From Octopus vulgaris (taxonomy: Eukaryota): a DNA stretch of 64,000 bases. The translations under genes were made by a program, and so were the position numbers. Each line of letters begins with the position of its first letter. Position 1 is the stretch's first letter. The notes below the pieces were generated by a model that was given only the letters and a program-made list of their open reading frames with translations, searched no databases and had not been told where the DNA came from. Positions 1 through 13,405 of the stretch are shown one piece after another. Where the stretch lies: the NCBI GenBank assembly GCA_951406725.2, contig OX597817.1:143964001-144028000 (forward strand), given 5' to 3'.

Positions 1-310
1 TGTGAGGCACCTTGGGCAAGTGTCTTCTACTATAGCCTAGGGCCGACCAAAGCTTTGTGAATGGATTTGGTAGATGGAAACTGAAAGAATCGGTTGTATA
101 AATATGTGTGTGGGGGGGGAGTTGTCCCCCCCCTCCCCACCATTGCTTGACAACTGATGTTGGCATGTTTATGTCTCTGCAACTTCAAGGTTCAGCAAAA
201 GAGACCAATAGAATAAGTACTAGGCTTACAAAGAATAAGTCTCGAGGTCAATTTGTTTGACTGAAGGCAGTGCTCCAGCTGTGGTCAAATGAATGAAACA
301 AATAAAAGAA
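1..310 (+). mobile_element. SINE family A copy (5'-truncated by window edge)
   Basis: Matches the full copies at 24103 and 47665 (caccttgggcaagtgtcttctactatagcc...gaataagtactaggcttacaaagaataagt...tgaaacaaataaaaga), with many CpG>TpG/CpA changes. Confidence 0.85.
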
Positions 311-329
311 ATAAGATATATATATAGGA

Positions 330-545
330 AAGTTTCTTGTCGAAGATACGTCTTGCTTTTATCCTTCAAAACGTAGAGTAGATGAAACCATAGCGACTGA
401 AGAAGGGGTTTTTTCTTTGTGTTAATTGTCCTGTACTCTATTTTTTTGTTGTTTAAAAAAATGTCCAGTTCCTTTGGTTTGTGTCTATGTTTTCGTTTCT
501 CATTGTGTTCGACGTCCTTTTGGTGTCCTGTACTCATATATGCGT
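330..545 (+). repeat. TA-flanked repeat family carrying a CTGANGA half-core; related copies on the - strand at ~9870-10025, 54355-54545 and 56970-57145
   Basis: Shared motifs actga(a/t)gaa(a/g)gg and, in three copies, gtcctgtac(c/t)ca; three copies abut TA tracts. Confidence 0.55.
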
Positions 546-735
546 GTATATGTACATGTAGAGGTAGGTACGTACATATATGTTTATATATATGCATATG
601 TTTTATTTTATTTATTAATATATATATATAATTTAAAATGAGGGTGAGAAATTGGATATTAATTTAATTAACATCAATTTAACACCTATGGTCTAGCATA
701 TAAAATCTGAAGGTTCAGTAAATTGTATTATATAC

Positions 736-996
736 ATATGAGAGGGATGACCACTATATGGACAACCCTTGTGCTAGAAGTAGATCCGCTATGGTCTTAC
801 CACTAAGAAATGTTCTCAAGAAAAATTTAGCAAACATGTATGTGAATAATCTATATTTTGTTACTTTTCATCTGTCTTGCTTGCTTAGGTCCTGGTGTTT
901 GCTATATTTTTCTTGAGAACATTTCTTAGTGGTAAGACCATAGCAGATCTACTTCTAACGTAAGGGTTGTCCACATAGTGGTCATCCCTCTCATAT
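736..996. repeat. Fold-back element: ~100-bp inverted arms (736-836 / 896-996), ~60-nt loop, TA-flanked
   Basis: atatgagagggatgaccactatatggacaaccctt... pairs with ...aagggttgtccacatagtggtcatccctctcatat. Confidence 0.9.
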
Positions 997-2484
997 ATAT
1001 ATATATGTAGTGTATGTGTATTTATAGTGATGTTGCTGAAGGGTTGCACAAAGTAACTATATTTGTTAAAGGAGTGAATCTTCAGCTTTAAACATGTATT
1101 GAGTGCTTTCTCTCATTTATTTACACTCTTCCAAAGGGTATTAAGGTTATAAATAAGATAAAACAGTTCTGATCAAGGACTGAAACAGCGACACAAATTT
1201 AACCATCCAGGGAATTTGTTTTAGAGCAGCACTTGGTATACAAATATAACATAAATATGGAACAGTATTTAGTCCATTGTCCTACCATTTCTGCTTCCAT
1301 TCCACTGTATCCCACCCAACGGATTAAATATTAATGTCTACCATTATTGACACACACATTTGTAGTACAGGTGGATGGAGGGTAGAACTATTTCAATCAG
1401 GTATAGTAGGAGCCAGGTACATATTTTATTGATTGCTAGAGGGATGGAAATAGGTGGAGCGCTGTAAAAGATAGTCATCCTTGATGCGATACGAATTGAG
1501 GACACAAAAAGAGGACGAAACAAAGAAAAAAAAGGAAAAAGTTTTAGAACAAAAAAGACTAACGCATTTGTACTATTCCAGCCCGCCTCGTTTCACCTCT
1601 TTTCATTCCATTAAATATGAATGTATTATCAATTGTGTAGATTTTCTTTATGTTTATTCAGAAGAATTTGACACTGACCAAACGAGAATGTCTCATAATG
1701 AAAGCCTATAATACTGATGAAGCAATAAAAAAGAGTATAAACAATGTATCAGAGCCAAAAACAACAAAATAAATAATAAAAGAACTTGTCGGTCATTTAT
1801 TCTTCCACCAAAGAGAAACATAAAGGAAAAGAAAAGAAAAATAAAAGAGGAGAAAGAAATGCTATAAAAATTAATGGAAAGACAAGTCTTCTAGAAACGA
1901 GCAGTTTTGGTTCTGATTTTATTTGTTATTTTCAATTTTTTTCTTCCTTCCATGATATTTAATGGTTTGGCAAAACATTGATCCAAACATTTCTGGAATG
2001 AAATCCATCTTCATTGGAAATATCTCCAGTGTATTTGTTGGTCAGTATTTCACATGAATTCTAAGAAATAGGATACCAAATTTTATTAGCGTACTATTGT
2101 ATTTACAGAACGCTTGATAATGAAGTTAATTTGGTTGCAGGAATATCTGTGAACAATGGACAGAATTCTATAGAGAATACTTAACATGTAAACATGAATT
2201 TGTTAGTTAAGTTTTGTATCAAACATTAATTATGCGTACATGCAAGTTTTGCCGTCCATAATAATTATGGTTTGACATGAATGTAATAAGTGAGATTCCA
2301 GCAGAAAATGTCAGACAGACACAGAGAGAGAGGAAGAAAGAACTGGTTCATTCATTAATTTCAGTGTCTGTTTTTGATACATTGTTTCTTGTAAATAAAA
2401 TCAAAAGGTTCATATGTTGCCACTATTTCTATAAATTGGCACAAAGTTTGGAGTCAGATGAAAATGCCTCATGGCATTTCATCA

Positions 2485-2873
2485 ACATCATCATTTAACA
2501 TCTGCTTTCCATGCTGGCATGGGTTGGACGATTTTGACTGAGGGCTGACGAACCAGATGGCTGCACCAGGCTCCAATCTTGATTTGGCAGAGTTTCTACA
2601 GCTGGATGCCCTTCCTAATGCCAACCACTCCGAGAGTGTAGTGGGTGCCACCGGCACGGGGGCCAGTCAGGTGGTACTGGCAACAACCTCGCTCGAATCT
2701 TTTTACGCATACCACTGGTACAGGTGCTATTAAGGCGATGCTGGTAACGATCATGCTCGAATGGTGCCTTTTACGTGCCACCGACATGGAAGCCAGTTAG
2801 CCGCTCTGGCAACAATCACGTTCGGATGGTGCTCTTAGCTCCCTACTAGCACAGGCACAAGTGCCAGTAAGGC
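2485..2873 (-). mobile_element. Repeat family C (RTE-type 3' end with (GAT)n tail; non-autonomous retroposon)
   Basis: catcatcatttaacatctgctttccatgctggcatgggttggacg...ctggatgcccttcctaatgccaaccac recurs in more than 10 places in the window. Confidence 0.75.
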
Positions 2874-3129
2874 ATTTATTCTGGCTATTTACGTTCTGAG
2901 TAAGAGTTAGTTGGAATTTGTTGAGGTGGATTTTTTTAATGGACTGACGCCCTTTCTGTTGTTAACTCTCACCTGTTTCCAGGTAAGCTAATATTTCCCA
3001 GTGGCCAAACATGCTTTTCGTGGAAGACTGGAAATGAACAACATTGCTTGTACAACAGAGATGCTTGTTTACAATCATTACATGATGCCAAGACAAGGAT
3101 ACACACAAAACACAGATATACAAACAGGC

Positions 3130-3204
3130 TATAGCCTCGGGCCGACTAAAGCCTTGCGAATGGATTTGGTAGACGGAGACTGAAAGAAGCCCGTCGTATA
3201 TATG

Positions 3205-3235
<31 letters not shown>

Positions 3236-3472
3236 CTGTGTGTCTGTGTGTATGTTTGTGTGTCTGTGTTTGTGTCCCCCCCCCCCCCAACATCGCTTGA
3301 CAACAGATGCTGGTGTGTTTACATACCCGTAACTTAGCGGTTCGGCAAAAGAGACCGATAGAATAAGTACTAGGCTTTCAAAGAATAAGTTCTGGGGTCG
3401 ATTTGCTCGACTAAAGGCAGTGCTCCAGCATGGCCGCAGTAAAATGACTGAAACCAGTAAAAGAGTAAAAGA
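3130..3472 (+). mobile_element. SINE family A (5'-truncated)
   Basis: Body, internal TA/TG microsatellite and gtaaaaga-repeat tail match other A copies. Confidence 0.85.
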
Positions 3473-3977
3473 ACTATTGTTCTAATTTAGGCACAAAGCC
3501 AGCAGTGCTTATTCTATCGGTCTCTTTTGCTGAACTACATAGTCCTCAACCATGAGGTTTGAAAGCAAACTTCTTACAACATAGCCATGCCTGTGGCCCA
3601 TTGAATTTGTCAATAGAATTCCCTAATATTTCTAAGTCTATAGGCATCTACTTGTATAGTATCTTCTAGTGATACGTTAAATATTTCAGAAATAGCAGCT
3701 GGTGTACCCTGCTCCAAAGTATTATACCCAGTAACAAACACTACCAAAAAGGTAATTTGGTGACTTGTATGTCAATGGATGATAGCCACCACAGCTACAT
3801 GTTAGCAATGCAATGATCCTGCAGCATGACTATTTTACTGTACAGAAAGAACTAACAAGAAGCAATGATGTTGTTCTTGTTGATGCATGTTGTATGCCAG
3901 TGATGGGAAATCTGCAATCCACAGGACTTTATGAATGGCATGCCCCATGAAAAATCATCTCAAGTTTTTTAGTAGCA

Positions 3978-4518
3978 TGAAATCAAAATCAAATTTGATG
4001 ACTGGCGTCCATGCTAGCAGGGTGCAAAGAGCACCATATGAGTGTGATCATTGACAGAGCAGCTAACCGGCTTCCATGCCAGTGGCACCTAAAAGGCACC
4101 ATTCGAGCGTGATCATTACCAGCGTTGCCTTATTGGCATTCGAGCCCCGTGCTAGTAGGGTATTAAGAGCACCATCCGAGTGTGATCATTGCCAGAGCGG
4201 CTATCTGGCCTCCATGCTGGTGGCACGTAAAATACACCATTTGAGCGTGATCGTTACCAGCATCACCTTAATGGCACCTGTGCCGGTGGCATGTGTAAAA
4301 GATTCGAGCAAGGTCGTTGCCAGTCCTGCCTGACTGACATGTAAAAGCACTCGCTACACTCCCGGAGTGGTTGGCGTTAGGAAGGTCATCCAGCTGTAGG
4401 AAGTCTGCCAGATCAAGATTGGAGCCAGGTGCAGCCATCTGGTTCCCCAGTCCTCAGTCAAATCATCCAACCCATGCTAGCATGGAAAGCGGATATTAAA
4501 CGATGATGATGATGATGA
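3978..4518 (+). mobile_element. Repeat family C, long copy
   Basis: Begins aaatcaaaatcaaatttgatgactggcgtcc, has internal tandem units and ends cgatgatgatgat. Confidence 0.75.
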
Positions 4519-4794
4519 TCTGCCAGATGATAAACAGTGTCTCATGTGGCCCGCTTCTTATGTAAGGATGCCTATGCATGTTCTATACATTGGTTAAGTT
4601 GCATAAATAGTTTGTAACTTGTGCCGGTGACACATAAAAATCACCCATTACACTCTTGTGGTTGGCATTGAGAAGGGCATCTAACCATCCAAATCAGACA
4701 GGAACCTGATGCAGCTTTCCAGTTTACCAGTTCCAGCCAAACCGTCTAACACATGCTAGCATGGAAAGCAGATGTAACATGATGATGATGATGA

Positions 4795-5150
4795 TCATCA
4801 TCATCATCATCGTTTAACATCTGCTTTCCATGCTAGCATGGGTTGGATGATTTTGACTCAGGGCTGGTGAACCAGATGGCTGCACCAGGCTCCAATCTTG
4901 ATCTGGCAGTGTTTCTACAGCTGGATGCCCTTCCTAACGCCAACCACTCTGAGAGTGTAGTGGGTACTTTTTACTTGCCACCAGCATGGGGGCCAGTAAG
5001 GCGACATTGGTAACAATCACACTCAAATGGTGCCCTTTTACGTGCCACAGCATGGGGGCCAGTTGGCTGCTCTGGTAACGATCACGCTCGGATGGTGCTC
5101 TTGGCACCCCGCTAGCACGGATGCCAGTCATCGAATTTGATTTTGATTTG
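4795..5150 (-). mobile_element. Repeat family C, inverted relative to 3978-4518
   Basis: Ends gatgccagtcatcgaatttgattttgattt, the reverse complement of the start of the 3978 copy. Confidence 0.75.
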
Positions 5151-5445
5151 GTTGGTATTCAGCTCATGATTGTGAGTTCAATTCCCAGTGATGCATTGTG
5201 TCCTTGAGCAAGACACTTTATTTCACGTTGCTCCAGTCCACTCAACTGGCAAAAATGAGTAGTACCTGTATTTCAAAGGGGCCAGCCTTGTCACATTATG
5301 TGTCATGTTGAATCTCCCTGAGAACTACATTAAGGGTACACATGTCTGTGGAGAACTCAGCCACTTGCACATCAATTTTCCAAGCAGGCTGTCCCATTGA
5401 TTGGATCAACTGGAACCTTTGTTGTTATAACTAACAGAGTGCCAA
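5150..5445 (+). mobile_element. CORE-like tRNA-derived SINE (related copies ~6774-6880 and 53698-53940)
   Basis: B-box-like gagttcaattccc followed by CORE-like tgtgtccttgagcaagacactt. Confidence 0.55.
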
Positions 5446-5714
5446 TCATTGTTATTTCTAATTAGTTTACTTCCATTTATTTTTGTTTAAACCCTGAAAT
5501 TGCATGTCTATCTTATCCAGCAATGAGAGCAGCAGCAGATTGGCAGAACTGTTTTGGCCCTTTATGTTCTGAGATCAAATCACACCAAGGTTCGCTAGCT
5601 TCACTTTTATCCTTGCAGCCAAAACTCGGCTTGATATAACCAACTTTTCTCCTACCTAAAAACATGATCTCATGCCTAATTACAAACAATTGACTATTAT
5701 TAATATACATTTCT

Positions 5715-6040
5715 ACTCTAGGCACAAGGCCCAAAATTAGATCAACCAGTCAATTAGATCAACCTCAGTATGCAACAGGTACTTAATTTATCGACCCCAA
5801 AAGGATGAAAGGCAAAGTCGACCTCGATTGTTTTCTACTCTAGGCACGAAGCACGAAATTTTGAGGGAGGGGGCCAGTCAATTAGATCAACCCCTGTATG
5901 CAACTGGTACTTAATTTATCGACCCCGAAAGGATGAAAGGCTAAGTCGACCTCGACAGAATTTGAACTCAGAATGTAACGATAAATGAAATACTGCTAAG
6001 CATTTCACTCGGCGTGCTAACGTTTCTGCCAGCTCGCCGA
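5715..6040 (-). mobile_element. SINE family B, partial plus near-full tandem copies
   Basis: Reverse complement of ggcgagctggcagaaacgttagc...gtcgactt(t/a)gcctttcatcctttcggggtcgataaattaagtaccag. Confidence 0.8.
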
Positions 6041-6928
6041 CTTCACTATTATTAATATAGTCAAACTCAGGTACGTTCAGCCCTGATCGAAAAAAGAGCA
6101 TTTTTGTCATGATCATTTCATCACTTGTTTTTACAGGGAATGGACAACATTAACTTATATATAAAAAACACACGACAAAGTAAGAGTTTATAGATATTTG
6201 GTTGCTATTTCTAGCAACCACATACAAGCTCCTTTGCACTCTATGAAGTTGAAACCTTTTGGTCATAATCCAGACTCCTTTCAAACTCAGATACAAGTTC
6301 TGTAACTAAAGATATTGAACATCATCACCAGTAACTATTACTAACTGTTGTCACCATCGCAAACAAAAACAGAATAATTAAACACTGGAATCTAAGGATA
6401 AGAAACTATTCTCAAAGGAAGGAGTACGATTTGAGAATTTCATTTTGTACATCAATGACTATTTCTGCTGGGAAATAGTCCCAGGAGAAAATTATCTTCA
6501 AAAACAATGTGTGGAAATATACCATTGGGCCATGAAGAACAGCAACAGATCATAAGATGCATGCATTTCTGTATCATTATGCTTTGTCAGCTATGAATAC
6601 AGAATTAATGTTTCACAGCTCTTATATATGAGAATAGCTGTTCTTATAAGGACAAATAGTAAATTTGCTAATGTGTGCAAAGCTTGGACAAGCTAGAAAC
6701 ACATGCATCCTTTGATCTGACGATGTCATTCATAATCCAATGTTATTTTCAAACATTGTCTATGAGAATGAATGCACATGGCTCAATGGTTTGAACAACT
6801 GGCTCACAATCATGAGGTAGTGGGTTCAGTTCTTGGGCTGGACTCTGTGTTGTGTTCTTGAGCAAGATAATTTATTTATTTACCCTATCTACATTTGATG
6901 GATATTTGTCCTCATCTTGTTTGTTGTT

Positions 6929-6970
6929 AACATGTTTCAGCTGATATACCTTCCAGCCTTCATCAGGTGT
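6929..6970 (-). ncRNA. Degenerate minimal hammerhead ribozyme motif
   Basis: Minus strand reads acac-CTGATGA-a-ggctg(gaaggtatat)cagct-GAAA-catg-TT; the 3' strand of stem I is damaged. Confidence 0.5.
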
Positions 6971-7063
6971 CTTGGGGAAATTTCAAACCTGGGTTCTCCT
7001 TCCTAAGGTATTCTTCACTGTTGTTGTTATTATTATTATTATTAGACAGACACAAACACACAC

Positions 7064-7094
<31 letters not shown>

Positions 7095-8514
7095 CAACGG
7101 GCTTCTTTCAGTTTCCGTCTACCAAATCACAAGGCTTTGGTTGGCCCGAGGCTATAGTAGAAGACACTTGCCCAAGGTTCCACACAGTGGGACTGAACCC
7201 GGAACCATGTGGTTTGTAAGCAAGCTACTTACCACACAGCCACTCCAGCACCTATGTCCAAGAATACACAAACATGTTAAATACAATTGTACAAGCATGT
7301 ATTTTATTTACCACATCTCCTCTTTGTGTGCATGAGGAGAGAGATAGAAAGTAAAGGAGAGAGTAAGAGAGAGAGAGAGGGGGGGAGGAATATGCTAAAC
7401 ACAAAATGTATCATATGTCTTTTGTTCCAATAATTGCACATTTCATCATTGCAACTATTTGCATTTTGTACAATGGGTTTTGCAAAATACTTTATTACAT
7501 TATGTTAACACAGAGAAATGCTTGTAGATGGATAAATGGCAAAGCTTTATATGAATATGTTGTGGGGGGGGGGTGTTAAAGAGGAAGAGAGAAAAAACAA
7601 AATAATGAGAATGAGATGAGAGAGAGAGAGAGAGTGCAATTGGGAAGAGAAAAAAATAAAAGCAAACAGAGGGAGATAAATAAAATCTTCACTATTTTCC
7701 ATGTTGGCATAGGTTGGACAGTTTGACAGGAATTGGCAAGACTAAGGACCACACCAAGTTCAATAGTCCGTTTTGGTTTGGTTGTTTTTACAACTGGATG
7801 CCCTTCTTAATGCAAACCACTTTACAGAGTGTATTGAGTACTTTTTGCAGGACACCAGCACATTATATATATATATCATCATCATCCTCATCATTTAACA
7901 TCCGTTTTCCATGCTAGCATGGGTTGGATGGTTCGACTGGGATCTGGGAAGCCAGAAGGCTGCACCAGGCTCCAATTTGATCTGCCAGTGTTTCTACAGC
8001 TGGATGCCCTTCCTAACGCCAATCACTCCATGAGTGTAGTGGGCACTTTTTATGTGCCACCGGTACAGGAGCCAGAGGAGGCTGGCAAATGGCCACAATC
8101 GGTTGGTGCTTTTTACATGTCACCAACACGGACGCCAGTCAGGCGGCACTGGCGTCAGCCATGTTCGGATGGTGCTTTTTACGTGCCATATATGCAAAAC
8201 ATTCAAACACTGAGATTTGAAATCAGATGTCACTACTGTTCACATCATCTGTGGCTAAATTTTAAAATTGATTATATCACCAGCAGTGATATAGATAGAT
8301 CGCAGGCGCAATAGCATTAAATAGCTATGAATTATAAATTTGTATGAAGCGTAAAGATGCTTAAGAAGTATCCACCTGCTAGAAATAAGAGCTAAAGCCT
8401 TAAATTTATCCACTGCACTGCACCAAGATAACAAAGAAGAACAGTATGTAAGGAAAACAGAAAGGATTAAAACTTTTAACAGCACAAATAAAAATATTAT
8501 GCAATTAGGAATAT

Positions 8515-8569
8515 CCACAAACCAGGTTTCAGCTTTTGGGTATTTAAACCCTGAGCCTCGTCAGTGTGG
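8515..8569 (-). ncRNA. Type I hammerhead ribozyme, intact core
   Basis: ccaca-CTGACGA-ggct-ca-gggt(ttaaat)accc-aaa-agct-GAAA-cc(t)gg-TT-tgtgg. Stem I is 5 bp perfect, stem II is extended, stem III is minimal, and the cleavage triplet is GUU. Confidence 0.75.
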
Positions 8570-10232
8570 CCTACCGGGTAATAATCCATAACTGTCACAT
8601 TAAACTCTGACTGTGTAACTGGTTTTCTTTTGCTCCAAAAACAGAGCACATGGTGTACATATATATATATATACACACACACATATAAAAGATATATATT
8701 ATGCATATATGTCATCATCATCATTTAACGTCTGTTGTCCATGCTGGCTTGGGTTGGATGGTTTGACTAGGGCTAGTAAGCTGAGCAGGGCGGCACTAGA
8801 CTCCAGTCTGATTTGGCATAGTTTCTATGGCTGGGTGCCCTTCCTAATGCCAAGAGTGTAATGGGTGTTTTTATGTGCCACCAGCACAAGCGCCAGTTTG
8901 TAGGACACCAATATCTGCCACAACTATGCTTTCATTTGGCTTGATGGGTCTTCTTTTCAAGCATATCATTTGTCATTGCGTCCGTGAGGCTCAGCATATG
9001 GAAGGTGCTTTTTATGTCACTGGCACAGGTGCTAGTTATGCATCAACCATATTGCCTCCATAATTATATCTCATTTATGTCATCTTCATCATCATCCAGT
9101 GTTTTACATCCAGGTTTTGTACCCTTCAACAGGTGTGGCCAAATCTACCTCAATGCCATAGCAACTGAGTTAGGCAGGTACAGCCCACCCCAACCTTTGG
9201 GCTGGGTGGTGCCCATTCTCCTTTGTTATCATGAAACTTTTTTGAAGCTGGATTTTCTACAGGGAGCATGCCCTTGCTTACCCTCAACCTCAGTTTCTAG
9301 ACATGAGTAATGCCGAGACCAAGGCCTCTACCATGATTTTTAAAAAATGTGGTGAAAAGCTAGTTCACAAAGGCAGGAATGCTACTCCCAGAGACCGCTT
9401 TTAGAGCCTCCCTTACCTATGTATGTTTATATATTTAATCATATATTATTGGGCAAAGTGGGTCAGTTCCTTTCGAGTGACGGGGTTCACGGAGGCAATG
9501 ACTAAGATTTTTGATATTATGTCGTGCTTGAGAAGACCTAGCACAGTCATGAGATACCAGTGTCACACAAATGGCACCCATGCCAGTGGCACATAAAAGC
9601 ACCTACTACACTCTCAGACTGGTTGGCATTAGGAAGGGCATCCAGCTGTAGAAAACCATACCAAATCAGACTGGAGTCTGGTGCAGCCTTCCAGTGGGCC
9701 AGTCCGGTCAAACCCTCCAACCGGTGCCAACATGGACAATGGACATTAAACGATGATGATGATCATCATCATATATATATAATTATATACATTGTATATA
9801 TATTATTATATTAATAATATCATCATCATCATCGTTTAACGTCCGCTTTCCATGCTAGCATGGATGTCACAGAACGTAAACAACATGAAATACAAAATAC
9901 AAATACATGGAATATGAACGTTTTTTTGAACAACGAAAGAAACAAATGGAAAACAAGACAAGCAACATGAACAACGACCTTTCATCAGTTGTTGGTTGTT
10001 TTTCTATTCCATATTTTGAGTACATTGTATAATCACTCTTGGAATGGTGTACAATAACAGGAATTATAATTCTTGTAACACATACACACACACACAATTC
10101 CAAAGCTGAGTACAGAATATAGGCCATTCTCAGAACACTACTTTGTCACTGCCTCTGCAACAGAGTTTAGTATAGAATTTAATAAAAATCAATGACAGGC
10201 ATTATTTTTGATTCCTCAAACCAGAAGCTCTC

Positions 10233-10264
<32 letters not shown>

Positions 10265-12545
10265 AAAGTTGGTCTGATATTTAATTCAAAGCATGATATT
10301 CTTGTGGCCCAGACACCATAGATTTTTGAAGATTTTACATCAGTAAATTTTACTCAAATATTTAGTTGTGGTGAAAATCATGGAATGTTTTTACTCTTTG
10401 TCAATCTTTAGAATTAAATTACCAAACAAAGATACAAAATTCTTGTAAAATTATTCTAAAAACATGGGTGCTTTTATGTGCCACCAGCACGGGTGCTAGT
10501 ATCTGCCACAGATACTGTGTAATGAAATTTGAGATTTGTTTTCTGTTCATTAAGTTGATTAGTGAAATAATTATATTTATGGAATTATATTGTGCTTGAG
10601 AAGAAGACCTATTGAGCCAAGTAAAATTGCAGCTGTGGAAGATACTGGTGTCACGCAAATGGCACCTGTGCCATTGGCACATAAAAAGCACCCATTACAC
10701 TCTTGGAGTGGTTGCTGTTAGGAAGGGCATCCAGCCATAGAAACCATGCCAAATCAGACTGGAGTCTGGTGCAGCCTTCCAGCTTGCCAACTCTGGTCAA
10801 ACCGTCCAACCCATGCCAGCATGGACAACGGACGTTAAATGATGATGAGGATGATGAAATATAACAACTGACCTCAACAAGATCTGATAAGAAATATTTA
10901 AAAATACATGAACATTCTATGCAGAATTACAGATCTTAGGAAGGACTGGGGGGGGGGGTTCAGTTAAAGTGGGTCATACTGGTAAATATATCTTATCGTT
11001 TAATCGTTTCAGTCGTTAGACTGCGGCCATGCTGGGGCACCACCTTGAAGAATTTCTTTTGATCGAATGAATCGACACCAGTACTTTTTTGTCAACGCTA
11101 AAGTTACAGGGACGTAAACAAACCAGCATCAGTGGTCAAACGGCGGTAGGGCGCAAACGCTGACACAAAGACACACACACGTGTATATATTCGACAGGCT
11201 TCTTTCAGTTTCCGTCTACGAAATTCACTCACCAGGGTTTGGTCGGCCTGAGGTTATAATAGAAGACACTTGCCCAAGGTGCCAGGCAGTTGAACTGAAC
11301 CCCCAACAATGTGGTTGGGAAGCAAGCTTCTTACCACACAGCCATGCCTCGGAGTAAAAAGACAAACAAAATGACCCCCACCAAAAAATGACGATTTTAT
11401 GCTCACAGTCTAACAGAGTGAAATGTGGATGAAACCAGTGGCATAGCAAGTATTTGGTGACCCCTTAAATTAAACGTAACATACTTTTTGACTACAAACA
11501 TACGTCCACAAAATGGCCACCATGAGTGGTCTGCGTGTCTCAAGCTACGCCATTGAGTAAAACAATGAATTAGCTACAATACAGCATCTATTTATTCCAG
11601 CTTGTTTAGTTGTCTATCACAATTCTGGGATAGAACCTGAAACGGGTTCTATTCCAGAATTGGTGGAACGATGGATAAAATAGATTGTGGTGTACAGTTT
11701 AGTTTACGTTATGATTTCAACTCCTACCATAGTAGACTTCGTCTATAATCCTTCTGGAGGTCAATAAACTAAATAAGTCAACTCCTACAAGTTGTGGTCT
11801 TATGCTATTGTTAGAAATCAATATTTACGCATACAACCGATAATATAATTTTTAATTTATTTATTTCGACTAGAAACTTACAGTATATTGCAATGTATAA
11901 ACACATAAAACAAGAGAATAAACCTTCATGATGGAGGGTCACTGAAATTAAAATTGACATCAGAGTATCAAAGACCCGTTATAATTCGTATAACTGAAAC
12001 AGCCATTAAAAAATAAAGTTTGTCGTTAAAAATTTATCTTTTAGGGAATCTGCAAAAGAGGGAACGGGTAAAAAAGAGACCATCTCCTCCTTTTCTTCTG
12101 GCAGATTCATAATCTACGATGCATAAAACATGCAACCCGACAACTTTACAGTTATGGGCACACTAGTTAATTTCCGACTCTATTGTATAGGAATGCCAGC
12201 ATAATATAACACCCTCCCTCCCTGCTTCACACGAACCACACGCCACCATTTTAGTTGTGCTGTACTTCTAAATGATAAATCTAATAATCTTCGACAATGC
12301 TTCACCGAATGGAGAAAACTTAACAAAAACTCTCGTTGTCAAGGAGGATGTCACTGCGTAAGCACTCCACCTGCTAGAAATAGCAGCCTAATAGCTCTCG
12401 GATCACACCACCACACCCTACCATCTTCAAAAAAAAAAAAAAAGAAAAAGAAAAAAGAACACTGCATGGGCAAAAACCAATATTTTTACCGATGGATTTC
12501 TCCACCATTCGATACCTAATTTTTGTGTATGTACGTATATGTGTA

Positions 12546-13405
12546 CTGTGGTGGAGTGGGTCTAAAAGTATTGGTTGCTAGGAGACTAAGGGGACCCACC
12601 CGCAACTACAATGATATTTAATTTTTTTTCTTTTTGGTTAAAAGTATTCTTTTCAACTGTCTACAAACACAGCCAGGCAGAAATAATGGTAAATTTCTGT
12701 ATTAACACCCGCACGGTTTTCACGAAGAAAAAAACAAAAAAACTCGGATTTTCTTTTTGCGTGGAGTCAAGTACCCTAACCTCCTAATATGCTGCAAATC
12801 CCTTATTTTGGTTTGGGAAAAGGGGGGCGAGGGAAGGGGACACCCCCATCCCGGAATAATTGGAATTTTTCTTTTTTTTCGTTGAATGAATTCCTGTGAC
12901 CTCCTATGCTTCAAAACCCTTTGTGGGGAGATGCGAAAAACGGAGTCGTGTGAGGTGGAAGCCTCGGAAACTTCACACCCCCCCCCCCATCCCCATTGAT
13001 CTTTTCACTCGCACGATTTTCACTAAGGAAAATATATATTGGATTCTTTTGCGTAGAATCAAATACCCTGACCTCCTCCTATGCTGCATCCAGTATATTC
13101 CAATGATTCCGAGATGCAACCCCCCACCCCACCTTTTTTTTCCAAACCAAAACAAGGGATTTACAGCATATTAAAGAGGTCAGGGTACTTGATTCCACGC
13201 AAAAAACTCCGAGTTTTTTTTTTTTTCTTAGTGAAAATCGTGCGGGTGCTAATACAGAAATTTACCGAAATAATTAATGCATTCTTCCAGGAGTGAATAA
13301 AAAATTCTCAAACTTGAGGGGATGGGCCCCCATATATGGGGATTCTAATGGCGCAGGGGCTCACTTGCCATCGGACAAGCTGGCAACCTGGCCATTCCGC
13401 CACTA
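12546..13405. mobile_element. hAT-like non-autonomous element splitting the left arm of the fold-back
   Basis: Degenerate TIRs ctgtggtggagtgg / ccattccgccacta; 8-bp TSD tatgtgta (12538-12545) / tatatgta (13406-13413). Confidence 0.6.
12688..13266. mobile_element. Merlin-like MITE
   Basis: TIRs ggtaaatttctgtattaacacccgcacg / cgtgcgggtgctaatacagaaatttacc; perfect 8-bp TSD gaaataat. GG-starting TIRs with an 8-bp TSD fit the Merlin/IS1016 superfamily. Confidence 0.75.

Noticed and set aside
1714-1750. Hammerhead core CTGATGA
   Set aside because: No GAAA and no convincing stems. The similar degenerate match at ~16525-16556 also lacks an intact core.
1950-2160. Host coding exons on the minus strand
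   Set aside because: Short open frames with no recognisable domain and no consistent splice structure.
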